NCBI GenBank assembly: GCA_946965045.2
Contig: OX337237.1
Span: forward strand, 1,736,001-1,800,000
Length of the DNA: 64,000 nucleotides
From: Epithemia pelagica
Lineage: Eukaryota; Protista; Bacillariophyta
Direction: 5' to 3'
Numbering within the stretch: the stretch's first letter is position 1; the number at the start of each line of letters is the position of its first letter. Positions 44,325-55,072 of the stretch are shown here, one piece after another. The position numbers were made by a program, and so were the translations under genes. The notes beneath the pieces are model-generated. The model had not been told where the DNA came from and ran no database searches. It saw nothing but the letters and a program-made list of their open reading frames with translations.

Positions 44325-46247
44325 TTTGCAACCCTACGAAACGGCACAGTTGACTCTGTCAAGTTGCCGTGATGAGGCGCTCAAATTGTTGTGCTGTGCA
44401 TCCAAAATTCTCACGACAAACAACAACCAGAACCTCCTCCTAGATTGTCTTGATCCACCTTCTGAACCTGTGCTGGATCAAGCGTTGGAGTATTTGCAAG
44501 GAATTGGAGCGTGTACAATGAACCGTCGTGAAGTTCCAGAGCCAACCTCGGCAGGAAAGCTCATGGTGGCGCTATCCTTTCCTGTAGAAGATGCCTACAT
44601 GATTTTGACAGGCGGTAGATTGGCGTTGATGCATGAGGTTCTAGCAGTACGAGCGATAGCCACACACAAACCCATGCCTATTATTCATCATTTTGGAGAG
44701 ACTCGGCAGAATTATGACATTCTGTCTAGGTTTCACCCCGATGTTCAAATGAATCAGCCTACTTCTGTCTTATTGGCCCATTTGGCTGCATTTTTCTACT
44801 GGGACAGAACTTGGAATTCAAAGAGGTGTCAAGCAATGCTGGAGCAGTTCTCTGTCGCAACGTCACGAAACATGGATTTGGATGGTGAGGATCCCAACGT
44901 GACTATGTCACCCATTGATGTTCCATCTACGGAGATGACTCCGTACATGAACGGCGTCGTTTCCAGTGCCAATCCATGCTGCGATGTGGCTAAATGGACC
45001 GTCGAACTCGAAGCAAAACACACAGAGTGGTGCGAACGGATGGAAATCAGTGCAACTGCTGTTCGAGGCATTGCAGAACTCTTTGCCAGTTCTGTCAATG
45101 TCTTTTACCGCTCGGATTTCGAACCAGCGTGGCTACGATGCAGTCAGCCAACGCCTCATTGGCACTGCAATGGCTTGTCTTGTGATAAAGAAGAACAAGA
45201 TCTGGCAACGCTTCAGGATTTGCCTGAGTCAACCACCGCCATGTTCTTAAATGGAACCTATGGTCATTCACGAGGCAAAGCCCTCGTAGGCTCCTAACAG
45301 CACTGTGCGATAATCCGGCCTGGGCTTCGCAGTATGCATCCAGTCTAAGGCCGTTGAATTCCCAAGTTTCGGTGCTTTCTTCTCCACCTCCGGATGGAAG
45401 AATGGCGTGCATCCATTTCCTCCGTGGAAATTGCCAAAATGGAACAAATTGCCGGTTTTCACACAACGTCAATGCAACTCGCCCCCCTTGCAAGTACTTT
45501 TTACTTGAAACATGTAGAAAGGGCAGTGCATGCATGTTTTCCCATGAAATACAGGACCCACGTGAGATACGCTCTCAGGTTGCGAGCAACCCGTCTCATT
45601 TATTGGATGCAGTTGCTCCATCTCTCGAGTCCCTTGGCTTCAAAGGAGGCGTGATATCGTGGTACTTGAAAGAGTTTCCCTCTAACAATACACTACTGCT
45701 GAAAGACGCGTGTTTTGCCTTTACGCAGTCTTTAATTACTCTTGGTCACACTCCCAGATTCGTATCTGATTTTTCGACACAGGTGGGCGGCGCAGAACAT
45801 CCCAGGGAAATCGGTTCAATTTCGATACTTTATGCCAACCCAAGCCGTCTCCATACGAACGAGCAGGTTAGACAGCTGCTCTTTGAGATCCAAAACTTTG
45901 TTTGGATGTTTCCGTCCACAGAATCCGAGGAAGATGACGGTAGCCAAGAGTCTCTGGTATTCGCAACGCTCTTGAGTCTCGCTCAGCTTGCTCGCACGAA
46001 ACATGGCTTTAGTATGAGTTTTGGTGTTTCATTCCATTCCGACCAGTTTTCTCGATGGAATGTGCTAAGAAATGCTATTCGGTTGGGTTGGAAGCTTAGT
46101 TCCTGGGAAGCATTTGAAGTCAGTGACTTTCCCAACTTCAAACCCAGAGGAGGAGACAGCGGTAACGAAATGATTGTTCCCGAATCTTGCCGACTTTATC
46201 GCTTCATATACGACGCACCAGGGAGAATCGAACTTGATTTAAACTGA
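44309..46247 (+). pseudogene. 3' half of the DExH helicase: HA2-like region, two tandem CCCH zinc fingers, C-terminal domain; probable 1-nt frameshift at about 45278
   Basis: FYLTHLQPYETAQL resumes the helicase frame. CLDPPSEPVLDQALEYLQGIGA and AGKLMVALSFP are HA2-like. Fingers: CIHFLRGNCQNGTNCRFSH and CKYFLLETCRKGSACMFSH. Confidence 0.85.
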
Positions 46248-46477
46248 AAGCCATTTAGCGAAGAGGTGAATTGTGAGAAAATTTGACGAGTATCGACCAG
46301 CACGACCACGCCGCTATATGCTGGTACCAGTTATCATCATTGCATGGCATATATATCCGCACCTTTCTCCAATTAAGGTTGAAGTAACTCGTCCTAAAAA
46401 GACAGTCTGGAGCAAGAGTTTATCAAGAATTGTCTTCCTCTGGACGTAGAATGAGTTCAACACGATGAGAAATACTT

Positions 46478-48114
46478 CTACCCTGTCTCACCCGAAAATA
46501 TCCTCCGCTGCTCGTCCCAGTTCTTGGGATCGTGAAACCAGCTCTGTGTCATGTTGGTGTAAAGCAGAGGACGCCGGACACCCTCAGAAACGTTTGCCAT
46601 ACCTAAAAGAACACAATAAACTGAGGACGCAAAAACACAGTGGAAAAGGTCATCTTTCTGTTGGGCGTACCGAAATGAAGAATCCGGCAATCGAATATGA
46701 GCACATCTCCTACGTGGAGAAACGGCCGTACCACGAAGGATTTCCAGCTGCGTTTTGAATGTTCGTCACCTGACGTGTTTTGTGCGCAGAATTCGAGGGT
46801 GTGAGAACCATGAACAAAGGCCGTTTGACCCACTGTAGGATCTGATGGTGAACCAGGTGTAAACAAGTTTATGTAATGGGCAGGTAGACCGTCTAAATGT
46901 TCGAACAGGTGAGGAGTATCAGCATGGACAGCTTGGTCGGCGCTACCTGGGAGACTAATGATCCCTCCGATCGGGCCTATTCGAATATCTTGATAACTTC
47001 CGTCAGGTCCGCTTCCTGAAAAGTTATATCTCCCAAAGTTTCCAGGATACAACGCATCATTTCTTGGATTCATTACCCGACGAACAATCTCTAGCACATC
47101 CTGGTCGCCTCGGAAGAAGAATTCAGGGGTATTGGTTGATTCCTTTTGGGAAGTAAGCGGGGTTTTGGCTGTGACAGTCCACGCGCGATTTCCCTGTGAT
47201 GCACCTCTTGTCCGATTCAACGACGGTCCATGTCTCAAGTCCATTCGTAAGTCTTCCCGCATTGACAATTCACGATAGGCGGAGGGATCTGCTCTCGATA
47301 GGTGAGGCTGGAAAAGGTCGACACCTTCCATTTCAAGCAATCTGGCTGCAGCAAGGTCAAGGTCCGACAAAACTGCATTCCCCCATTCCTGACAGACATG
47401 AGGGTCCAACAGTTGAGGAATAACACAATAACCAAACTGGTTCAAACATTTCACTGCTCTCGCGACTGATGTCTCGGAGAGACGTTTGCTGGTTTGCTCG
47501 TAGACATTCGTGGAAACACATGCTTCCTGGAGGCGTTCACGTTCTCTTTGTTGCTGTAATTCCGTCTGGCGCAGCCATGTGCAACATGCGGAGTGATTCT
47601 GGATTGTACAAGTCCATTTTTGCATCATCACCATCTCTAAATCCTTTGAAGCAAAGACAGGCTTCACGTCATGCATTTGCCAGATATGTGGATCCCACGG
47701 AACGGCGTCCAACGCACATTTTAGGAGACAAAGAACTCCACCACGGACAATCGACTTCTCAAGTTCCTGTCTTTTGCTGGTGTGGGACCAGCTTTCACCC
47801 AGAAAAATAACTGCATCAAATTTTTGATGAACTGTCTGGGTACCTTGCGATGGCAATAAGAACCCTCTCGAGACAAGACTTTCTTCTATTATTTTCTTTT
47901 CTTGTAGGACTTCATCTGAAGTTTCCTCTTGGGCTATTCTGTAAGCAACGTTGATGGCAACGCAACCAAGGCGGATTTTTTGTTTCAAATAGTGCTGGAC
48001 AAGGAAGCTTGTCAAGCCTTGTACAAACTCGTCGGTGGATTTCTCAACAGGTAATGCTCCATTATCATCATCAGATTCATCGCCGAAAGCGTCCCATGGA
48101 TCGGTTTCATCCAT
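46478..48114 (-). CDS. PhyH-like 2-oxoglutarate/Fe(II) dioxygenase, 2 exons (48114-46671, 46602-46478); an upstream in-frame ATG exists at 48189
   Basis: HxD motif QAVHADTPHLF, GQTAFVHGSH, GDVLIFDCRILHFG|MAN...RRPLLY. 68-nt GT-AG intron at 46670-46603. Confidence 0.85.
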
Positions 48115-48566
48115 GTTTGAGGAAGTAAAGATATAATAAAGATCGTAACAGGGGTCGCAAATCGCAAAATCTCTCACATCGGCCCCCATTCCCTAAAAAG
48201 GGGGTGCATGTTCAGGAGGTGATGCTATGATAGCTACTCCTATCTCCTATTTATGATAACCATAGCAGCTTTCCATAACCTGTCTACCTAGAAGAACCTG
48301 TGTATCACAAGAACGTGGACACCTGTACGGCTATCAAAGTTGACGCAATTGGGATATCGAAACTGGTCCAAGTTCAAGGAGTTTTTAAGTTAAAAGGTGA
48401 CAAAATGGACCCTCCGGAGATGTACCTGCACCCATCCATCAAGGCGAGGATAGGTTCTGGGACAGCAGAAGAGAACCATTGAGTCGACTACCACCCACAA
48501 GGTTATTCGCGACACAGTTGAAGTCGCCATGAGAACAAGGAGTGCATTGAGACCCCAATCCAAGGG

Positions 48567-51500
48567 TCAACATTCGATGAGCGGTCTTACACAGTTTTTC
48601 TCAACGCAGATGTCAACAACTTCACCGTTGCTCACGAAGTTCGATATTTGGCGAATAGCAGCCACATCCTGTCGCAAACAGACGTGCACTGCTGTCTCTG
48701 TTCCAAATTTATCGGTTCGCGGAAGCAAGTCCAATTCCCGTAGAAACAAGAATTCAGTGAAGGTAACATTCGAGTGGAATTTCCCCTGAACTGAATCAGA
48801 CGCCGAAGAGAGTCCAAATATTTCTCTTGGATGATGTGGAAGAAGTCTGGCATCAAATCCACGAGCCAAGGCTTCCGCAGCATTTGTCGGTACAGTTGCA
48901 TCTCCAAGTCCTGCTTGAATTAGTATCGGAGGAAATGGCTCATTCACTGGCTGTGCAAGAAATCCTGAACCCTCTGTGGAATCCCAACCCATCTGGATAA
49001 GAGCAATCAACATTCGAACATGACGATTATTGTAGAAGTTGAGTAGAAGGAGGGCGTCGTATCCTTCGAAGGCAAGAGACCTCGTCATGATAAGTGCAAA
49101 TGGAGTTCCAGGTACTCCTAAAACTGCGCGGTCAATCAATTCAGTGACCCCAGACAACGCTACATAGCCAGCCCCAAGAATCCCACCTTGAGAGTTACCA
49201 TAGAAAGCGTAGGGAGGGTTGTTTTTCTCGGGTCGATAGATTCTGCCCTCATAGTCGAAATCTAACCAATCCGTCGCCCACATGGCGTTGCGTGCGAAAT
49301 GTTGCATTGCAAGTTTGCATGCATATCCTTGAATCAGATTGTCGCGTATGGCCTGGAACATGGAGGGTCTTGCAACCAAAGTCTTCATGACAAACAAGAG
49401 GTCGTAGGCCGACATTCCACGCCAGTCCATGGCAATGACAACATATCCTTCTTCATCAGCTAGGCGCGTCACGAAAGAGAACGTGGCCTCGTCTCTATCG
49501 AAGAAAAGACCGTGTCCATATTCCAAGACCCCCGAGACATCCCTTGGTTTCACTTTCTCATTAATACTTATGTCGTCCACGGTAGATGCCCACACGGAAC
49601 ATGGCAGATGAACGCGAAACTTTGCAGACCCAATGAGTGTTGGAATTCCAGATGCGACAGCATCGTCGTCCAAAAACGAAGCTCGTTGTCCAGCTCCAAA
49701 ACCCTCTAAAAACCAAGGGACATCGATTTCAGCGTTTAACGTTTTCGCATAGTGTGTTCCTTCCTCTAAACAGTTTTGCTCTTCTGTACTCACAAGACGA
49801 GAGTGTTCTGCCCATTCCCAACTCTCTTCCGACACAAGCTTCATAGTGGCGTCACGCACGGCCCGCACTGGACCCAACTGCGAGTGTTCACTTATGGTAG
49901 GAAAATCAAACAGAAGTTGAAGAGCTTGCGAGTCAGAAGAATATGAAAACCATGGTGCTGCCTGTTCTAGCGCAGGGATCACAACTTCTCTATACCGTGT
50001 CGCCCTTTCGTGGTCATCAGAACGTCCTGCCATGAGTGCCTTCAGTCCTCTGGTGGGTGGCAGACGTTCTCCAGACGTGGCATTTACGGCTCCGACAACA
50101 GCAAGCGCGTAGTGGTTGTTGTGTTTGCATGGACGAGCGGGGAAAACCAACACAAGTGGGTTCTCAGGATCTAGGTAATCAATCTCGGCTGAATGTGGAA
50201 CCAGTTCCTGGGCATTGACGTCAAGCAACAGAGTTGTCGATTCCCGCGTAATGCTTTTCGCAATATTAGAAGGTCCCATTAACGTGGTCACGTTGGAATT
50301 TACAAGATTCGGGTTTTGCGTGAGAGCCTCGTTGGACTCCTTCAAACCATTGATGTAGAACATGATTGGTCCCATGGTTGGAAAGCCGTCGAGTTTATTC
50401 AGGAAATTGGCATGGACAAACTTGTTCCGAGCTTTCAGAGGAGGAATCACCTCGGGGTGCAGATTCACTCGGTACCCTGTACGTGAGGTATTGCTTCTTG
50501 ACATAAAATGGTAGGACGGAAACGGAAGCATACACTCTGTCGTATCTAAAGGATCGCAATACCTCCCACCAAGCTCGGTTGCCGGTGGACCAAAACCCAC
50601 AAAATATTCCACCAGCGAAAAAAGAGACCATACCAAAAGAAATGCTGCCACAAAGGACGCGATTAGCCATAGTTTCCGGATCCAGGATTTCGTCGTTTCA
50701 ACAGTCCTCACTTTCCACACAAAGAAGCCTCCTGTTACAACATAGTAATTTCGAGTTGATGGAAAGAAACGGCGGTACCAGAACAAGACTCCGAAAAGAA
50801 CTCTTAACGATGCCACAAAATATCCACCCAGAGTCGCTAGACGTAGCACAGCCTTATAATGAACGTACTCCGGTACGGCACTTCCATCGCATTCTGTCAA
50901 GAAAATGTAGTCAACGTTTCCAAATATGAGCGGATACACCCAGCCAAAAAGCGCTATGTCCACAATCGACGATAATGACGTCAAGCAAGAAGTGAGACAG
51001 GGTTGACGGCGCGATCTATTCAGCTGCTTCTGAGATAAGAGCATCACTGAGGAAAGACCTGAAACACAATTAAACAAAAGATGCCCAGCGAGAAGAAGAT
51101 CAATCCACATTCGTCCCACCATATCAAAGAAAACAGACATCAACAGAACCAAGATGGGAGCAGTACAGCAAAGACTCAAAATAGAAAACGGGAACCACTG
51201 CTGGGAGAATACGTAAACTTGATGAAACTCATGATCATCGTGCCGAGATTCCTCGTCTTCCATTCCATAATCAGCATTCGAAATTTCCAGCCCTTCTCGC
51301 CTATTGTTCGATCCTGAAACAGTTGCGTTCCATGAACGAAGCGATTCTGTATCACCCTCAATGTCCAGGTTCGATGGCGACGAAGAATCCATTTCGTGTG
51401 CGTTTGTCGAGTATACCAATGAACCCACTTCACTATTGATGACATCTGTTGTTTGAGTTGAGGAATTTCCGTCCGGAATTTTCACGGATCCTCGTGCCGT

Positions 51501-51794
51501 GCTCAAAATCCCCGACAAGACATTTCTTTTCTTGCTCGCCATTTGTGCCATGAGGCTTCTTTTAACTTCTTCCTCTGTCAATATCAATGGATTATGTTCA
51601 TCGGTGCCAAGTTCTCCTTTGGCGAGTTGAGAGTTCACGCTTTCGTCTCGCTTGGCTCTTGTCTGCAAAAGCGAGACGGAATCATGATCGTGCAATGGCG
51701 GAGCGGTGAACGCTCCACCCGTTTCATGTTGTTCTAATAGCGTTGGACTGTTTTCATCATCATCAACGCCTCCAATGTTGAAATTCTTCATCAT
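48567..51794 (-). CDS. Multi-TM protein with large C-terminal bacterial-type alpha/beta-hydrolase (lipase-like) module
   Basis: Intronless 1075-aa ORF: acidic N-tail, about 5-6 hydrophobic helices, CDPLDTTECMLPFPS, LNKLDGF, YGHGLF, and nucleophile elbow YGNSQGGILG. Confidence 0.75.
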   Translation of the reverse strand: MMKNFNIGGVDDDENSPTLLEQHETGGAFTAPPLHDHDSVSLLQTRAKRDESVNSQLAKGELGTDEHNPLILTEEEVKRSLMAQMASKKRNVLSGILSTARGSVKIPDGNSSTQTTDVINSEVGSLVYSTNAHEMDSSSPSNLDIEGDTESLRSWNATVSGSNNRREGLEISNADYGMEDEESRHDDHEFHQVYVFSQQWFPFSILSLCCTAPILVLLMSVFFDMVGRMWIDLLLAGHLLFNCVSGLSSVMLLSQKQLNRSRRQPCLTSCLTSLSSIVDIALFGWVYPLIFGNVDYIFLTECDGSAVPEYVHYKAVLRLATLGGYFVASLRVLFGVLFWYRRFFPSTRNYYVVTGGFFVWKVRTVETTKSWIRKLWLIASFVAAFLLVWSLFSLVEYFVGFGPPATELGGRYCDPLDTTECMLPFPSYHFMSRSNTSRTGYRVNLHPEVIPPLKARNKFVHANFLNKLDGFPTMGPIMFYINGLKESNEALTQNPNLVNSNVTTLMGPSNIAKSITRESTTLLLDVNAQELVPHSAEIDYLDPENPLVLVFPARPCKHNNHYALAVVGAVNATSGERLPPTRGLKALMAGRSDDHERATRYREVVIPALEQAAPWFSYSSDSQALQLLFDFPTISEHSQLGPVRAVRDATMKLVSEESWEWAEHSRLVSTEEQNCLEEGTHYAKTLNAEIDVPWFLEGFGAGQRASFLDDDAVASGIPTLIGSAKFRVHLPCSVWASTVDDISINEKVKPRDVSGVLEYGHGLFFDRDEATFSFVTRLADEEGYVVIAMDWRGMSAYDLLFVMKTLVARPSMFQAIRDNLIQGYACKLAMQHFARNAMWATDWLDFDYEGRIYRPEKNNPPYAFYGNSQGGILGAGYVALSGVTELIDRAVLGVPGTPFALIMTRSLAFEGYDALLLLNFYNNRHVRMLIALIQMGWDSTEGSGFLAQPVNEPFPPILIQAGLGDATVPTNAAEALARGFDARLLPHHPREIFGLSSASDSVQGKFHSNVTFTEFLFLRELDLLPRTDKFGTETAVHVCLRQDVAAIRQISNFVSNGEVVDICVEKNCVRPLIEC

Positions 51795-52103
51795 GTGTCC
51801 ACAATGAGAAAACTATGCTATCATAGGAGTACATAGATTAGGAGAGTAGGTAGTCCTTGTGGAGTCTACCTAGCTCCGTAGCCATAGCTATTCGGTCCCA
51901 TTTAACTCCCTACTAGGAGTACGTACCATGCTATGGAGCCACGTGACCAGAAATCGCACTTTGGCCCCTTGCATTGCTTCTACTGGAAAGACGGAAAGCT
52001 TTTTCGGGAAATGAAAGCTGAAAGAAATTGAATTACGGAGCAGCTCACAGGACGACGACTACTTCCAAGTTCCAAGAGAACGTGTGGACTTGAGTAATCG
52101 GAA

Positions 52104-53773
52104 CTAAAACTTAAAGTTCTTTCCAAGATCGTCGTCATCGTCATCCTCTTGTCGCTTTCTCTTTGATGCATTAGTGTTTCCGGTCGGCATGGCTTTGGAA
52201 ATGACACTCTCAACTCCTCCATCTGGTGCTGTTGGTACTGCGTATGTTCGTTCCGAAGCAAAGACGACACCTGCCTGATCCCCCGCCCTTGTTTGTTCCA
52301 AGACTTGATACAATGGTTTGGGAGGTGCTGGAGTTTCACCGCCTTCTTCTAGTTTGCGAAGGTTAACGGGAGCTGTCACAGACGTAGGCGCAGCTGGAGG
52401 TAGAGGCAAAATGGATTGAACTCCCTCTTCCTCGTTTTCTTCCCCTTCTTCATCAGAATCTTCCATATCATCCGACTTCTCGTCTTCACTCGATTCAACA
52501 TCGTCAGGCTCGTCCTCGACCACTCCAGTTGGCAACGCGCCCCATGATGCTTTTCCAATCATTTTACCATCGCTAGTGACAAGGCTTTCTGTGCTATCAT
52601 CTTTAGAAGTGTTGGTACCAGGGAGGTCAAAAGGGTTTCCGCCATACAGAGGCCTCCCATAGGGGTCGACAGGGGGTTTGCCCCAGCCGCCAGGATGGAA
52701 TCCATAACGACACTCCTCGTGGGGAAGAGGCGCATTCAACCCTGGAACTTTCAGACCTGGATACGACGGAGGAGGACCATAACGCTGCATGTTCAGTAGC
52801 CACGGAGGAGGGGCGATTTCTGCTGTCATTCCTAGTGCTTCACGAAGCCTGTTGGATAATTTTCCGGTGGATTTCTTTTGAATGTCCACTTCTAGTTCCT
52901 TTCCTTCATAATATAGATCTCCGAACTTTGTCAAATTGGAAGGTTTCGTCTGGTATTTGAAGAACGCATCATGGAGCGTTCGATAATCAACATCTATCGC
53001 TCCCATTTTCGGAGCGACTCGACTTCGGTTTTTTTGTTTGGCTGACATGTTCGATTCAGCTTCCGCTACGGTGTCCCGTACTTCTGTTATTCCTGTTTTG
53101 ACAATGAAATCTGGAAGTTGGAATGGTGGTTTCTCAAAACCTCTCTGGTTTCTGGAATGTGAGAAAACATAGGTTTAACAAACCATCGTTTCAAACAGAC
53201 AGGGATACACCCAGACACTTATACGCCACTCACCTTCCCTTGCAGGTATTTCCGCTTGCGCCCCCAATGTCTCGGAACAGGGACCGAGCCTGGCGCCGCC
53301 TTTAGTTGAATTAAGAAATCAGGGTCTGCTGCGGTGATATCATGGGCCTCTACCAAGTCAGGCCGCACCACGCGGCGTTTTAGTGCAGCAACAGTCGGGC
53401 GTAGTTTCTCTCTCAATTTCCGTTTACTCAACACGAAGTGTCCGGTGCCATGTCCATCTTCATCTTCTGTAAAATCCCCTAAATCATCCCCAGAAAGTCC
53501 GGAATCCACCTCACCCTTGATGTCTTCGGTGCTATTATTTGACACTACTGCGAATTTGGCTTGAAACCGTTTGAGTTGTTCCAACAGCAGATCATATTTT
53601 CCACCGCCTGAGGAGTCCACGAGGTCTTCGGCAACATATTCAATTTCAACATGAATGTCATTTTCTTGTTGCTTATCCGGATCATTCTGTTCTTCTTGCG
53701 CTTTGCTTTCTGCCTTCGCGAGCTTCTTGCGTTCGCGCTTCCGTCGATTGCGTTCCGCGGTCGATAATCCCAT
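52104..53773 (-). CDS. SF3B2: Splicing factor 3B subunit 2 (SAP145/Cus1), 2 exons (53773-53234, 53144-52104)
   Basis: RPDLVEAHDITAADP...VPVPRHWGRKRKYLQGK|RGFEKPPFQLP...DVDYRTLHDAFFKYQTKP...GDLYYEGKE; PSP domain PPPWLLNMQRYGPPPSYPGLKVPGLNAP...GGWGKPP. Confidence 0.95.
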
Positions 53774-54021
53774 GGTTGTTTCAGCCTGTTGTGCTGCAGG
53801 AGTGCGATAGTGCGTCTGGCATTCGTACGTTTCGTTCGAAGGGCCGAGTCTGTCTGTCCGACGTCCGATGCCGACGGGGTCGAAGTCGAAGATCTTTCTT
53901 CGCGACGCTTCTTGTTTCTTCGCCACAGGAAGATTTACTATCTACAGAATCATTCCACCGTTTGGAGTCACCCTGGAGTGCCAATCAACTCTGTTCAAAA
54001 GTAACATAATCCAACGATATC

Positions 54022-54956
54022 ATGGCGCAAGCTGCTCTCAATCGACTTGGCAACATCAGTGCCGCGCTAGCCGTGGGCACATTCACGGTTTCACAATGTC
54101 TGTACAACGTTGACGGTGGAGAACGAGTTGTGATGTTTGACAGTTTGCGAGGTGGTGTGATGGACAAAGTTATTGGAGAAGGAACGCACTTTATGATTCC
54201 AATAATACAACGTCCCATCACTATGGATGTTCGCACAAAGCCCCGCGAGATCCCGTCCATGACAGGAACAAAAGATCTTCAAATGGTTAGCAGTACGTAT
54301 TTACCATACTTTCATCGAATTTGTTCCCAGACGTGGGACCTGTCTAACATACCCTTCACTTTGCAGTCAAACTCCGAGTTCTATGGCGTCCGATTATTGA
54401 TCAACTCCCCCGTCTCTACCGAGAATTAGGCACTGACTTTGATGAGCGTGTTTTGCCGAGTATTGGGAACGAGGTCCTCAAAGCTGTCGTGGCGCAATAC
54501 AATGCAGAGGAGTTGTTGAGCAAACGTGCCGAAGTTTCGGAACGCATCAAGCGCGAAATTGTGAAGCGCGCGTCTCATTTTCATCTCACTTTGGACGATG
54601 TGGCCATCACGCACTTGACGTTTGGTCGTGAATTCATGAAAGCCATAGAGGCCAAGCAAGTCGCTAGCCAAGAGGCGGAGCGCCAGCAGTGGGTTGTAAA
54701 ACGTGCCGAACAAGAGCGTCAAGCAGTCGTTACTCGTGCCGAAGGAGAAGCTGAGGCCGCTGCTATTATTACCCAGGCAATGGAGAAGACCGGTTCTGCG
54801 ATCATCGAAGTCCGTCGCATTGATGCGGCAAAGGAGATTGCTGGTAAACTGGCAAACTCTCGTAACGTGGTGTATCTCCCGTCAACAGGCGGAGGTGGTG
54901 ATGGAAAGAGTGGGTCTAGTGGCAGCAATCTTTTGTTGGGCATTGATACCAAGTAG
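54022..54956 (+). CDS. PHB1: Prohibitin 1, 2 exons (54022-54292, 54367-54956)
   Basis: LYNVDGGERVVMFD...GEGTHFMIP; TGTKDLQMVS|IKLRVLWRP; LPSIGNEVLKAVVAQYNAEELL; LDDVAITHLTFGREFMKAIEAKQVASQEAER. Confidence 0.93.
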
Positions 54957-55072
54957 CTAGTCATTATCAACTTTTTGTGTAGATCGAGGATGGAAACACC
55001 GTTTGAGTACTACCTTTAATCTGCAAATGAGAACCTGGGCCCATTAGTATGCATATCCAACCTCTCATTACT

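Noticed and set aside
48225-51826. 10-bp inverted repeat (CTATGATAGC / GCTATCATAG) flanking the hydrolase gene as possible TIRs
   Set aside because: Short, no TSD, no transposase inside; both sites are in TAG-rich upstream DNA, so probably chance.
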